From: Bacillota bacterium
GTDB taxonomy: Bacteria > Bacillota > Clostridia > Christensenellales > SZUA-584
Assembly (NCBI GenBank): GCA_023436115.1
Contig: JAEZKQ010000027.1
Coordinates: forward strand, 4,645 to 68,644
Direction: 5' to 3'
DNA length: 64,000 nucleotides
The notes beneath the pieces are model-generated. The model did not search any database. It had not been told where the DNA came from and saw nothing but the letters and a program-made list of their open reading frames with translations. Below, in pieces: positions 8,399-18,175 of the stretch. The position numbers and the translations under genes are program-made. Numbering within the stretch: the first letter of the stretch is position 1; each line of letters begins with the position of its first letter.

Positions 8399-9751
8399 TT
8401 AAGAGATAATCAAACTCGCATCCTTCGCGGGGCGCGCATCCAGCTCGGCCTTCTTGGCTTCAAACCCGGCCTTTCCCATCAGCGCGAACGTGGCCACCTT
8501 GCCCTCTTCCACACCCGGCTGGTCATACGTGTTGATACCCAGCATCTCGCCCGCATACGCCGTTGCCATCTCGAAGAAATAAAGCAGCGCCCCCACGGTA
8601 AAAGCGTTCACCTCACTCAGCGCAATCACGATGTTGGGACGGCCCGCCTTGCAGAGCGCATACTCCGTCGCGCTGCGCTCGGCCTCTAGCAGCTGCCCAA
8701 ACGTCTTTCCGCCTAGAAAAGCGATCTCGTCGATATATGTCAGCGCTGCGGGTATTTCCAAGTCGTTTCTGAATTTGTCCACCTTGAGGAACGTCACGAT
8801 CTTGTCAAACGGCCCCTCGGTGTAAAGTTGTATCTGTGAATGCTGATCTGTGACGCCCAGCGCCTTTACGGGCGTCTGCCCCGCAAACACCTCGCTGCCA
8901 TCTGTGCCAAAGCGCTTGCCCAAAGACTCCGCCCAAAGCTGCGCATACCAGTCAGACATGTATTTTAAGCTGTCCGCATAGGGCAGCATCACGCTTATAT
9001 TCAAGCCCTTTTTCATGCCCAATACATGCAGCAATGCGTATAGCGCCGCCGGGTTGCCTGCCTCGCGCGAGCAGACATCGTCCATATATGCCGCGCCCTT
9101 CAGCATTGCGCGGATATCGTGACCGCAGACCGCCGCTGGCAAAAGCCCGACCGGGGTCAGCTCACTAAAGCGCCCGCCTACGTCGGACGGAATCACAAAC
9201 GACTTTAATCCCTCTTTCTGTGCGATCTTGACCAGCTCGCCGTTCTTTTCATCGCTGGTAGCAATGATATGGTCTTTGAGCGCAAGGCCCGCTTTTTGCA
9301 GCGCATCGGCAGCATACATCATCTGCGCCATGGTTTCGGAAGTTCTGCCCGATTTGGTAATCACGTTAAACATGGTTTTTTTAAGGTTTAGGCTGCCAAA
9401 CACGCGCGAGAGACGCTCTGGATCTACGTTGTCTTCCACGACAAGCCGCACCTTTCCTTCGCCTTCGCTCAGCGCCTGTTCCACCGCAATAGGCCCTAAG
9501 GCCGAGCCGCCGATACCCAGAACGACAAACGTATCGTATTTTTCACGTATCATCGCTGCTGTGGCAATGATATCGTCCAAAATGCTTTCTTGTCCCTTTG
9601 GCAAGCGCCGAAACCCGAGCGGTTTCGTTTTGAGTATCTCATGTGCTTTGTTAAGCATGTCCTGCCCAGATGCAATCTCCTCTGCCGAAAAGCCGTGGCT
9701 GCCTACCACCGCACTCATGGCGTTGTTAAAATCGAATTGAATTCTGTCCAT
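8399..9751 (-). CDS. pgi: Glucose-6-phosphate isomerase
   Basis: Typical bacterial PGI motifs are present (LGIGGSALGP, DxxSKSGxTxET-like ITKSGRTSET, GGRFSELTPVGLLP). The likely start is MDRIQFDF at 9751. Confidence 0.93.
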   Translation of the reverse strand: MDRIQFDFNNAMSAVVGSHGFSAEEIASGQDMLNKAHEILKTKPLGFRRLPKGQESILDDIIATAAMIREKYDTFVVLGIGGSALGPIAVEQALSEGEGKVRLVVEDNVDPERLSRVFGSLNLKKTMFNVITKSGRTSETMAQMMYAADALQKAGLALKDHIIATSDEKNGELVKIAQKEGLKSFVIPSDVGGRFSELTPVGLLPAAVCGHDIRAMLKGAAYMDDVCSREAGNPAALYALLHVLGMKKGLNISVMLPYADSLKYMSDWYAQLWAESLGKRFGTDGSEVFAGQTPVKALGVTDQHSQIQLYTEGPFDKIVTFLKVDKFRNDLEIPAALTYIDEIAFLGGKTFGQLLEAERSATEYALCKAGRPNIVIALSEVNAFTVGALLYFFEMATAYAGEMLGINTYDQPGVEEGKVATFALMGKAGFEAKKAELDARPAKDASLIIS

Positions 9752-9878
9752 TTTTATGCTCCTTGAATGGAAATTTATTATATTATAACCGCTGTCAACC
9801 ATAATAGCCACGATTATTTGACAAACCGTTGCCATAATTGCACGTCATAGCGGCATATATATTGTCGAGGTGATATGT

Positions 9879-10403
9879 ATGGAAAAGACGAAAGACCGGC
9901 ACGGTCTTCTGATGGCTATCGGCGCAAGTTGTCTGCTGCTGCTGGGTGCACTGGTTCTTGCCAATGTCGTCACGCCGGATGCAGCCGCCGTATTTGCGAC
10001 CGGAAACAGTTCTGAAACAGCCAGCCTGACTGTCCATGTTCTGGAAGGCTATACCGAAACGCCCATTTCAGACGCATCAGTGGTTCTCGTTGAAACGGGT
10101 AAAGAATACCAGACAAATAAGGATGGGTTTACAGAAAAGATCGATGTCCCTGTCGTACGGGACACACGCTACGACGGCATACTGGAAAAGCCCTGGGGAG
10201 AGGTGACGCTTATCGTCTATAAAGAAGGCTTCATTCCTTATGCGCTTTTTTATCTGCAGGTTATAGGCGGTGAAACGCGTGAAGGCGTTAAAATATTGCT
10301 CTTTGAGGAGGGACAAACGGAAAGCGCAGAGCCATTCTCCATTATTGAAGGACCAAACCGCGTATGGGTGGATGCGCTTGTCGATATGTACCGGCCCAAA
10401 TAA
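9879..10403 (+). CDS. Secreted or membrane-anchored protein with a carboxypeptidase-regulatory-like beta-sandwich segment
   Basis: GAGGTG precedes ATG 9879 and there is an N-terminal hydrophobic anchor. LTVHVLEG...ASVVLVETGKEYQTNKDGF resembles the CarboxypepD_reg pattern. Confidence 0.55.
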   Translation: MEKTKDRHGLLMAIGASCLLLLGALVLANVVTPDAAAVFATGNSSETASLTVHVLEGYTETPISDASVVLVETGKEYQTNKDGFTEKIDVPVVRDTRYDGILEKPWGEVTLIVYKEGFIPYALFYLQVIGGETREGVKILLFEEGQTESAEPFSIIEGPNRVWVDALVDMYRPK

Positions 10404-10407
10404 GCTT

Positions 10408-10686
10408 TTAGTACCTGTTTGGTCCTAGATTCTTAATCCTGCGAATTGGAATATTTGCAGTCAGACGTGTGGCGCTGCTGCCGGACTGCACGTCTGACGA
10501 GTTCTGGATTTCCACATCAAAGTCGTCTTCCTCGACGTCAAAATACTTGGAGATCACACCGACGATATCCTTGCGGAGCATTTCCATCACGTTGCTGGAT
10601 GGTGACGTTCCGGCGCGGTCGTGTATCAACACAAGTTTTAAACGTTCTTTCGCGACGCTGCTGGAGCTGCCTTTTTTGCGTACCAT
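10408..10686 (-). CDS. minE: Cell division topological specificity factor MinE
   Basis: It carries an AKERLKLVLIHDR signature and lies immediately downstream of minD. Confidence 0.9.
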   Translation of the reverse strand: MVRKKGSSSSVAKERLKLVLIHDRAGTSPSSNVMEMLRKDIVGVISKYFDVEEDDFDVEIQNSSDVQSGSSATRLTANIPIRRIKNLGPNRY

Positions 10687-10698
10687 CGTTAATCCCTC

Positions 10699-11493
10699 CT
10701 ACCTTCCTCTGAGAAGCCTTTTGAACACCGAAGCCAATCCCCCGTCGTCCTCAATATCTAGAAGGGGTACATTCTCACCCATGATCCGTTTGGTAATATT
10801 TCTGTACGCCTTTCCGGCAGGTGCCTTATCGTTCATGACAATAGGCTCACCCATGTTGGAGGAGCGGATAATCTTTTCGTCTTCGGGCACCACGCCGATA
10901 AGCTCGATTCCCAGTATATCCAGCGTGTCGTCCAGTGCGAGCATATCGCCTTTTTTTACCATGTCTGCGCGCATGCGGTTCACAAGCAGCCTGCAATCGG
11001 TAATACCCCCCGCTGATAAAAGGCCGATAATTCTGTCGGCATCTCTCACGGATGAAACTTCGGGAACTGTGACCACGATAGCCGATTTCGCGCCCGCGAT
11101 GGCGTTTTTAAATCCCTGCTCAATGCCCGCAGGGCAGTCTATAATGATATAATCAAACTCTTGCTCCAGCTCGGATATGAGCTTTCTCATTTGATCGGGA
11201 TTCACGGCCGATTTGTCCCTCGTCTGCGCCGCCGGAATCAGAAACAGCCCGTCGTACCGCTTGTCCTTAATCAGTGCTTGTTTCATACGACACGTGCCTT
11301 CCACCACATCCACGAGATCGTAAACGATCCTGTTTTCCAGACCCAGCACCACATCCAGATTTCTTAGGCCGATATCTGTATCTATAAGCACAACCTTTTT
11401 GCCAACCTGAGCTAGCCCCGCACCTAAATTGGCGACAGTCGTCGTTTTGCCTACGCCGCCCTTACCTGATGTCACTACGATGACATTTTGCAT
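10699..11493 (-). CDS. minD: Septum site-determining ATPase MinD
   Basis: It has the deviant Walker A SGKGGVGKTT and a C-terminal amphipathic helix. ATG 11493 lies 8 nt after GGGGGG. Confidence 0.95.
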   Translation of the reverse strand: MQNVIVVTSGKGGVGKTTTVANLGAGLAQVGKKVVLIDTDIGLRNLDVVLGLENRIVYDLVDVVEGTCRMKQALIKDKRYDGLFLIPAAQTRDKSAVNPDQMRKLISELEQEFDYIIIDCPAGIEQGFKNAIAGAKSAIVVTVPEVSSVRDADRIIGLLSAGGITDCRLLVNRMRADMVKKGDMLALDDTLDILGIELIGVVPEDEKIIRSSNMGEPIVMNDKAPAGKAYRNITKRIMGENVPLLDIEDDGGLASVFKRLLRGR

Positions 11494-11535
11494 ATACAAT
11501 ACCCCCCAATAATTGATACAAATCGAGAACCTCTC

Positions 11536-12222
11536 TTACAATGAGCGGCTCTGCGGTTTTAAAGGTCTGAACACGATGCTTCCCTGTTTGTATTCTGCGA
11601 TCTCGGGAACATCAGCTGTTTTATCCGCCGGAAAAACGGCAATCTTTCCGCTGATGCGCAGTTGCTTGGGCTTAAGGCCGTTTGCGGCAACCACCACATC
11701 GAGGCGACCCGTGGCACCAGCATGCACGAGCCCGCGCAGCGTGCCCATAACGGCAATGCTGCCTCCCGCAATCACTTCGGCGCCGTCATTAACATCACCT
11801 AAAACCACAACGTCGCCCTCGCATTCCACGCGTTGACCGCTGCGCAGCGTATGAGCCACAAACACACTTTTGGCGTTAAAATAATCCTTGGAAATGATCG
11901 ATACGCCGCCCGAGTCGCTTTTATCTCCGGCATCCGGCGCAGTGACGACCGGCTCTGGTTTTTGCGCCTTTTGCTTCACCTCGTCCGCGAACAGCACAAT
12001 GGATATACCATAGTCCTCATTCATCAGACGCTTAAGCTCATCTTTTTGTGTCTCATTAAGACTTTTACCACTGAAAAGCACTTTTGAATCGGAACCTGAA
12101 AAAAAACCTTTATTTTTTGAAAGTTTATCCCCGATAGCCAGCTTGACCTCGGCATATGATGAGGACGGCTGCATCACGATCTCCAGCATACCGCCCGATT
12201 TTCCTTTTATTTTGATCCCCAT
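11536..12222 (-). CDS. minC: Septum site-determining protein MinC
   Basis: The C-terminal beta-helix repeat pattern is present (GDVNDGAEVIAGGSIAVMGTLRGLVHAG) and the gene lies upstream of minD. I prefer the start at 12222 after GGAAGGA. Confidence 0.85.
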   Translation of the reverse strand: MGIKIKGKSGGMLEIVMQPSSSYAEVKLAIGDKLSKNKGFFSGSDSKVLFSGKSLNETQKDELKRLMNEDYGISIVLFADEVKQKAQKPEPVVTAPDAGDKSDSGGVSIISKDYFNAKSVFVAHTLRSGQRVECEGDVVVLGDVNDGAEVIAGGSIAVMGTLRGLVHAGATGRLDVVVAANGLKPKQLRISGKIAVFPADKTADVPEIAEYKQGSIVFRPLKPQSRSL

Positions 12223-12310
12223 ATAGTCCTTCCCATCATAGTATATGGCAAACAAATTCTACAACGCCGTGTGTTTCTCCTGCTTTATTCACATCGGTTG
12301 CGCGGTGTTT

Positions 12311-14986
12311 TTATTCCTGGCCTGGCACGGTATCTTCATCATCAACATTGGGATCGCCTTCGGCTCTGGCGCTTGGGCTTGGCTGAACAACCAGAGAATT
12401 CGGATTGGGTATTGTCTGCTCCGCGACGATCGCCTTCTTTTCGAAGAAATAGGTGAGAATATCACGGGCTACCGCGATGGACAGACCGCCTTTATACCCG
12501 TTTGGCACAAACACAACAACCGCAATTTCCGGTTTTACGGAAGGATCCGTCTCGCTGTACGGTGCAAAGCATACGAACCAGCTGTTGTTTTCGAGATCCA
12601 CATCAGAAACTTCAGCTGTTCCTGTTTTACCGGCAATTTTATCTTTATACTCAAAATCCTGGAAATACTTAATAGCCGTACCATCCTCACCCGAAACCAC
12701 TGCGCTCATGCCTTCCATTAATTTCCTAAGGTATGCAGGATCAGCATCAAGCGTATCAAAAATTTCAGGCTGTTTATCGAGCAAGATTGTACCATCCTGA
12801 CCGACGACCTTGTCAACAATATGCGTCTGGTACACGGTACCGCCGTTAGCGACCGCTGCCACATACCGCGCAACCGCAATAGGCGTAACCTGCGTGATAG
12901 ACTGGCCCATACCCGTCGTAACCGTCTGCGTCAGTGTCCACTGCAGTTCGGTCATAACGCTGGCGATACTGTCGCTGTAATTTCTGGACTGTGTTGTGGC
13001 TATGCCCAGCTTATCCGACAGAATTTCACGCACGCGCTCTCCCAACGTTTTGCCGTTTTCATCCCTCAAAATTCCTTGGGGGCTGTCATCCGGTTTAAAC
13101 TCGATACCCAGCAGATAGACGATCTCTTCGGCCGTTTCCATGAGCAGCGCATCATCATATGTGACGTTGCGGTCTTCCGCAATGCCTTTTAACAGATTGT
13201 ATACAGAATTATCACCAGTCTGCATGACTAGCTTTGGCAACGCTGAAGCCTGTTTGTCAATGGGTTTACTGGGATCAAATAACAGCTTCTGATTCCCTAC
13301 CTGTCCCACCGCTTCACCGGGCAGCTCAATGCCCGTGGAACTGGTCAGCCCAAACTTATCCGTCCACTTGTCCAGCAGATCGATACCAAGACGGTTTGCC
13401 ATCTCACAAAAATAATAGTTGCAGCTATGCTCCAGACCCAGCACGATATCCTGATCTAAATGCTTGGAAGGATTTTTTGTCCAACACCTTGGCCCCTGCG
13501 CCTTGGCTTTACCCGCATCCACAGCCGTTTGGTTCACCACGTACTGCCCGAGGCAAGAGACTCTATCGTCAAAGTCGGTGACACCCTCCATGAGAGCTCC
13601 AAGCCCTGTCACCATCTTAAAAATAGAACCCGGTGTGGCACGGCTGGCAATGGCCTTGTTGAACAGCGGCGCAGCAGGATCTTCCCTCATCTGTTCGTAA
13701 ATATCCGCATCAATGCCGCCTGTAAAAAGGTTCAGATCAAAGCTCGGATAGCTGGCCAAGGCAAGCACATCACCCGAATTCACATCAATAACGACAGCCG
13801 CTCCGGAATCCGCAAGCTCTAGTTTTTCAAATTCGAGCCCCTCTTCGATATAATCACTGATACCATTGCGATTCTTGTCGCTATCCCCCCAACCATCTCC
13901 ATCGTCATCCACCCTGTTAAAAAACGCATCCTCCTGATCCTTATGGATTATGGGTATGTTTTTCGCAAGCGATTGCTCAACGGCTATCTGCATAGGGATG
14001 TCCAGCGTCAGCATCACGTTATAGCCTTGCGTGGGCTCTGTGGAGGATAGCACGTTTTGTACCACAGCCATATTATCGATTTCCACCGTCTGCGTCCCCT
14101 GACGCAGTGCGCTGTTGCCTGTTAAAAAAGACTCCATAGATTTTTCAATGCCTTCAACGCCTACAAGATCGTCAACACTATAGCCTTTGGCCACAAACTC
14201 TTCGATGATTTTCATGGCCGCGTCTCCATCTGACGGCATTCTTCCCAAATATCCGATCGCATGCGCGGCGACTTCGTTTTTGGGATATATGCGCACCGTG
14301 CTGTCGGCAATGCTCATGCCTGTCAGCTCGGCGCCGTGCGTCTCGATCTCGGCCACCGTCTGTATGTCCACGTTATACGCGATAACCACCGGTTCGTAAG
14401 CCACCCAGGCATTCAGCTGAGCTTCCTGCCAAACCGAGAGTATCTTGCGCGCTTCCTCGTAGCTTATTTCGGCGGGTATCTGATATTTATCTCTTAAGTA
14501 AAGGTAAACCTCCTCAGTACTGCGCTTTGTACCCACGAACATATTCTCGCGCCATTTCTCTTCCCTTGCGGCAATTCTGCCTTCATCGGTAATGCCAAAA
14601 TCAAAGCCGTACTCGCCAGTCTTGTCATTATATTTGATCGCAAATGTATCGATCATTTTTCCGCCGTTCTTCTCGATGATTTTAATCGTATCGATAATAA
14701 CGGATGTATAATAGGCCCTGTCTGTCTCCGTATTCTTGTTGGGGTCACGGTAAAACTGAACATTGTAAGACTTTTCGTCATATGCCAGCGGCAAGCCGTT
14801 GCGATCGAGTATGCTGCCTCGCGCACCGGGTATGGAAATAACGCGTTTGCTCATCGCGCCCGACATGGCTGCATATTCCTCGCCTTTCACCAGCATCAGC
14901 TGCGTTAACTGTATAAAAAGCAAGGTAAACATAGCGACCATGAGCACCCCAAATACGATAAAGCGGTTACGTATGTTAACTTTCAT
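12311..14986 (-). CDS. mrdA: Class B penicillin-binding protein (PBP2/MrdA-type transpeptidase) with inserted acidic segment
   Basis: It has an N-terminal TM segment and PBP dimerisation domain. The transpeptidase motifs are SIFK (SxxK), SCN (SxN-like) and KTGT. GGAG precedes ATG 14986. Confidence 0.9.
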   Translation of the reverse strand: MKVNIRNRFIVFGVLMVAMFTLLFIQLTQLMLVKGEEYAAMSGAMSKRVISIPGARGSILDRNGLPLAYDEKSYNVQFYRDPNKNTETDRAYYTSVIIDTIKIIEKNGGKMIDTFAIKYNDKTGEYGFDFGITDEGRIAAREEKWRENMFVGTKRSTEEVYLYLRDKYQIPAEISYEEARKILSVWQEAQLNAWVAYEPVVIAYNVDIQTVAEIETHGAELTGMSIADSTVRIYPKNEVAAHAIGYLGRMPSDGDAAMKIIEEFVAKGYSVDDLVGVEGIEKSMESFLTGNSALRQGTQTVEIDNMAVVQNVLSSTEPTQGYNVMLTLDIPMQIAVEQSLAKNIPIIHKDQEDAFFNRVDDDGDGWGDSDKNRNGISDYIEEGLEFEKLELADSGAAVVIDVNSGDVLALASYPSFDLNLFTGGIDADIYEQMREDPAAPLFNKAIASRATPGSIFKMVTGLGALMEGVTDFDDRVSCLGQYVVNQTAVDAGKAKAQGPRCWTKNPSKHLDQDIVLGLEHSCNYYFCEMANRLGIDLLDKWTDKFGLTSSTGIELPGEAVGQVGNQKLLFDPSKPIDKQASALPKLVMQTGDNSVYNLLKGIAEDRNVTYDDALLMETAEEIVYLLGIEFKPDDSPQGILRDENGKTLGERVREILSDKLGIATTQSRNYSDSIASVMTELQWTLTQTVTTGMGQSITQVTPIAVARYVAAVANGGTVYQTHIVDKVVGQDGTILLDKQPEIFDTLDADPAYLRKLMEGMSAVVSGEDGTAIKYFQDFEYKDKIAGKTGTAEVSDVDLENNSWFVCFAPYSETDPSVKPEIAVVVFVPNGYKGGLSIAVARDILTYFFEKKAIVAEQTIPNPNSLVVQPSPSARAEGDPNVDDEDTVPGQE

Positions 14987-15167
14987 TCTTTTCTCCAAAG
15001 ATAGATTCCACCCCAATATCCGTGATTATATCATAAAACGATAAACTTGTGGACTTGATACCGGATATTTTACAATGTCACATTTTACCACTTGCATTTG
15101 TGTTGACGTCATGTTTGAAAGGTTACTTTTTTTTTCAAAACCTTTGCCGTTTTTTAATCAAAAGCTA

Positions 15168-15196
15168 TTGAAAAATGAGAGTAGTTGTGTTAGAAT
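15168..15196 (+). promoter_or_regulatory. Candidate promoter of the glnA leader
   Basis: TTGAAA lies at 15168-15173, followed by a 17-nt spacer and TAGAAT at 15191-15196. TG lies 1 nt upstream of the -10 element. Confidence 0.45.
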
Positions 15197-15208
15197 TTAT
15201 TCATCTGT

Positions 15209-15263
15209 AAAGACAACGAAGTCAACAGAGCTATATATGCTTTCGTTGACTTTTTCTTTTTTA
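15209..15263 (+). terminator. Promoter-proximal intrinsic terminator (attenuator) in the glnA leader
   Basis: Arms AAAGACAACGAA (15209-15220) and TTCGTTGACTTT (15242-15253) form 12 pairing positions with 1 mismatch, followed by a T-rich tract. No upstream + strand gene exists for it to terminate. Confidence 0.6.
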
Positions 15264-15322
15264 TAAATAGTGTAAACGGCAACCAGGTCCAACTTAATTT
15301 TTAATATAGAAGGAGTACTTAT

Positions 15323-16657
15323 ATGGCAAAGAAGTTCACAAACCAAGACGTTCTTAAAATGGTTGAGGAAAACGACGTAAAATTTATCAGGCTTCAGTTT
15401 ACCGATGTTTTCGGCATACTGAAAAACGTTGCGATTACAGCAAAACAGCTCGAGCGTTCACTTGAGGAAGGCACCATGTTTGACGGTTCTTCTATCGACG
15501 GCTTTGCCCGTATTGAAGAATCCGATATGCTCTTAAAACCCGATACGGATTCCTTCTCAATTTTCCCGTGGCGTCCGCAGCCGGGAAAAGTGGCACGTCT
15601 CATTTGCGATGTTTATACCACCGACGGCAAACCGTATGACGGCTGTCCCAGAAACGTACTCAAGAAGCAGCTGGCTCTGGCTGCTGAAATGGGATATTCC
15701 ATGAACGTAGGTCCTGAATGCGAGTTCTTCCTTTTCCAGACAGACACCGACGGCAAACCCACCACGATCACACATGACGAAGGCGGCTACTTTGATCTGG
15801 CTCCTATTGATAAAGGCGAGGATGCCCGCCGGGATATGTGCCTTGCTTTAGAGGAAATGGGTTTTGAAATTGAAGCTTCCCATCACGAAGTGGCGGAAGG
15901 CCAGCACGAAATCGACTTCAAATATAACGATGCCCTCACCTCTGCGGATAGCATCATGACATTCAAGATCGTCGTCAAAAGCATCGCTGCGCGTCATGGC
16001 CTGTATGCCACGTTTATGCCCAAACCTATCTTCGGCATCAACGGCAGCGGCATGCATACGAATCAGTCTCTTTGTACAAAAGACGGCAATGCATTTTATG
16101 ATAAAAACGGCGAGCTTGAGCTTTCTAAGATCGCTTACAATTATATCGCGGGCATCATGAAGCATATCGAATCTATGGCAGCAGTGACAAACCCGACGGT
16201 TAACTCCTATAAGCGTCTGGTTCCCGGCTATGAAGCCCCCTGCTATGTGGCATGGTCTGCGCAAAACAGAAGCCCGCTGATCCGTATTCCCGCTTCCAGA
16301 GGCGCCGGAACAAGAGTGGAAGTTCGCAGCCCCGATCCGTCCTGCAATCCGTATCTGTCCATTGCGCTGATGCTGGCTGCCGGTCTTGATGGTATCAAGA
16401 ATAACCTGACACCGCCTCCGGCTGTGAACAGAAACATATACAAAATGACGGAAGCTGAAATGAATGAACATGGGATCACAAGCCTTCCGGGCAATCTCTA
16501 TGACGCTCTTCAGGCTTACAAGAGCAACGATCTGATAAGAAACGTTCTGGGCGACCATATATTTAACTCTTACTACGACTTTAAAAAGAAGGAGTGGGAT
16601 AGCTACCGTTTGGCAGTCCACCCGTGGGAGATCGCCCAGTATCTGACAAGGTACTAA
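15323..16657 (+). CDS. glnA: Glutamine synthetase, type I
   Basis: The length (444 aa) and motifs are classic GSI (FDGSSIxGF, NGSGMHxNxS, [12 protein letters not shown], NRSxxIRIP). Confidence 0.95.
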   Translation: MAKKFTNQDVLKMVEENDVKFIRLQFTDVFGILKNVAITAKQLERSLEEGTMFDGSSIDGFARIEESDMLLKPDTDSFSIFPWRPQPGKVARLICDVYTTDGKPYDGCPRNVLKKQLALAAEMGYSMNVGPECEFFLFQTDTDGKPTTITHDEGGYFDLAPIDKGEDARRDMCLALEEMGFEIEASHHEVAEGQHEIDFKYNDALTSADSIMTFKIVVKSIAARHGLYATFMPKPIFGINGSGMHTNQSLCTKDGNAFYDKNGELELSKIAYNYIAGIMKHIESMAAVTNPTVNSYKRLVPGYEAPCYVAWSAQNRSPLIRIPASRGAGTRVEVRSPDPSCNPYLSIALMLAAGLDGIKNNLTPPPAVNRNIYKMTEAEMNEHGITSLPGNLYDALQAYKSNDLIRNVLGDHIFNSYYDFKKKEWDSYRLAVHPWEIAQYLTRY

Positions 16658-16738
16658 TACAGGCCTTAAAACACAACGTTTTAGAAGTGGTTAACGCCCT
16701 TTTGAAAGTGATAACTTCTTTGTCTGGCTTTTTGTTTC

Positions 16739-16770
16739 GAGCCGCTTATCGCGGCTCGAAATTTTAAAGC
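16739..16770 (+). terminator. Intrinsic terminator after glnA
   Basis: The hairpin pairs TCGAGCCGC with GCGGCTCGA and is followed by AAATTTT. Confidence 0.55.
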
Positions 16771-16816
16771 CAAATTCAGCAGCGCTTTAGGCGCTTTTTT
16801 GTTTTCAATTATAGTT

Positions 16817-17773
16817 CTATAGACCGACTGCAATGCTCTTTTGTTCACAAACAGCGCTTAGCGCCTGTGCACAGAGCGCTTTTGTTTTATCCCAGACCAG
16901 CGTGTAAAAACCGCGGTCGCTATGCGGCATGGCACCGCCGGTCGCGGGCGAGAGTTGTATATGCAGTGCCGGACGCGTAAACTCCTGCCTGAACCAATTC
17001 TCAAAGCATGCGGCATAAACGCCCGGATTATCGGCAACCGGAGAAATCCCATAGCCGGTTACCGACGCTATTCTTTTGGCAAGCGACAACGCATCGGGAA
17101 TCTTTCTGTTGGTATGGGTGTCTGCGTATTCAATTGTTTCGCCTTTGGTGTAGAAAGACAACGCCGCTAAAAATGAATATTTTTCACAAGCCTGTATGAC
17201 GGCACGGACTTCGGGCTCCGTGGCGGGTGCTTCACCGTTGTAAAGCTCGGAAGCAGGCTGCGTGATCACTGTGTACTTCTGGTCCCACAAAGCGGGATAT
17301 TGCCGTCCCAGATCCACGCCGTTAACATTCGCCATCCAAAGCTCATAACAGGGCCGTACATGCAGCATCGCCGCCACACGCTTAGGATGCTGTACCGCTT
17401 TAATCCCGCCCTGGACAAGCGTAACACCATCGGGATTGACCATGGGCATCACATACATGCAGCATGACGAAAGCAGCCGTGACATGTCACAGCCGCCGAT
17501 TCTCTTGCCGTCCGCGGCCGCCTGTGCATAGGCGTTAACGGCATACATCAGATAGGCGCTTGTCATATAATCCCGCGCATGATGCGCGCCGCAAAAGAAA
17601 ACGTTTCTTTTGCCAGTCCCCAGCCTGATCAGCGGCAACGCACGCCCTTCCACGGAGACCCCCGCATTTTCTTCACCGATCAGGCTCGGAAAAGCGTTTT
17701 TGAGCGCAGCGGTATCGCGCATCAGCTGCGAATGCGAATACGGCACAGTTGGAACAACGATTAATTCTTTCAT
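16817..17773 (-). CDS. M14-family zinc carboxypeptidase (gamma-D-glutamyl-diamino acid peptidase-like)
   Basis: HHARDYMTSAYLM resembles the HxxE zinc-site region of M14 enzymes. The size and overall pattern match cell-wall or spore-cortex peptide peptidases. Confidence 0.75.
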   Translation of the reverse strand: MKELIVVPTVPYSHSQLMRDTAALKNAFPSLIGEENAGVSVEGRALPLIRLGTGKRNVFFCGAHHARDYMTSAYLMYAVNAYAQAAADGKRIGGCDMSRLLSSCCMYVMPMVNPDGVTLVQGGIKAVQHPKRVAAMLHVRPCYELWMANVNGVDLGRQYPALWDQKYTVITQPASELYNGEAPATEPEVRAVIQACEKYSFLAALSFYTKGETIEYADTHTNRKIPDALSLAKRIASVTGYGISPVADNPGVYAACFENWFRQEFTRPALHIQLSPATGGAMPHSDRGFYTLVWDKTKALCAQALSAVCEQKSIAVGL

Positions 17774-18175
17774 TTCAGCCCCCCGCGAATTGCTTGCTCA
17801 TACATTTTATGCGCCGCAGACTTGTCCCTATGTCCGGCAACGCAAAGCAGAGCGTGATTGAAAAAGCAACTGCAAAGAGCAAGAAAAGAAAAGTGCCATA
17901 GCGCAAAATCCTTTCGTACAGGCTTAAGCTTGTCAAGAGGCCATAAGAAGAGTGACAGCCGTATTATCAAGGCCACGTGATTAGTCCCGGTGTTTTCTCC
18001 AGCCTTGACAATATGGCTGTCCCGTTAGGATTTAATCAAAGTATCAATAAGCTTTACTTTAAATCCATGTTCTATTTAGCTTTTAATTTGATACATACTT
18101 CGCAGGCAGGTTACCGCTCAGCCAGAAAACCGGCCTTCGCATAATATTCCTGCATCACATGTATTGTTTTCAATC

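Noticed and set aside
15197-15263. ANTAR dual-hairpin, T-box, glutamine riboswitch or TnrA/GlnR box in the glnA leader
   Set aside because: Only one minimal 3-bp hairpin has an A1/G4 hexaloop. There is no second hairpin, no T-box sequence and no TGTNA-N7-TNACA match, so the mechanism is left open.
17770-17976. 68-aa ORF whose TGA overlaps the ATG of the M14 peptidase gene (ATGA)
   Set aside because: The overlap suggests coupling. However, the ORF uses a GTG start without a clear RBS, has odd composition and shows no recognisable features, so the support is insufficient.
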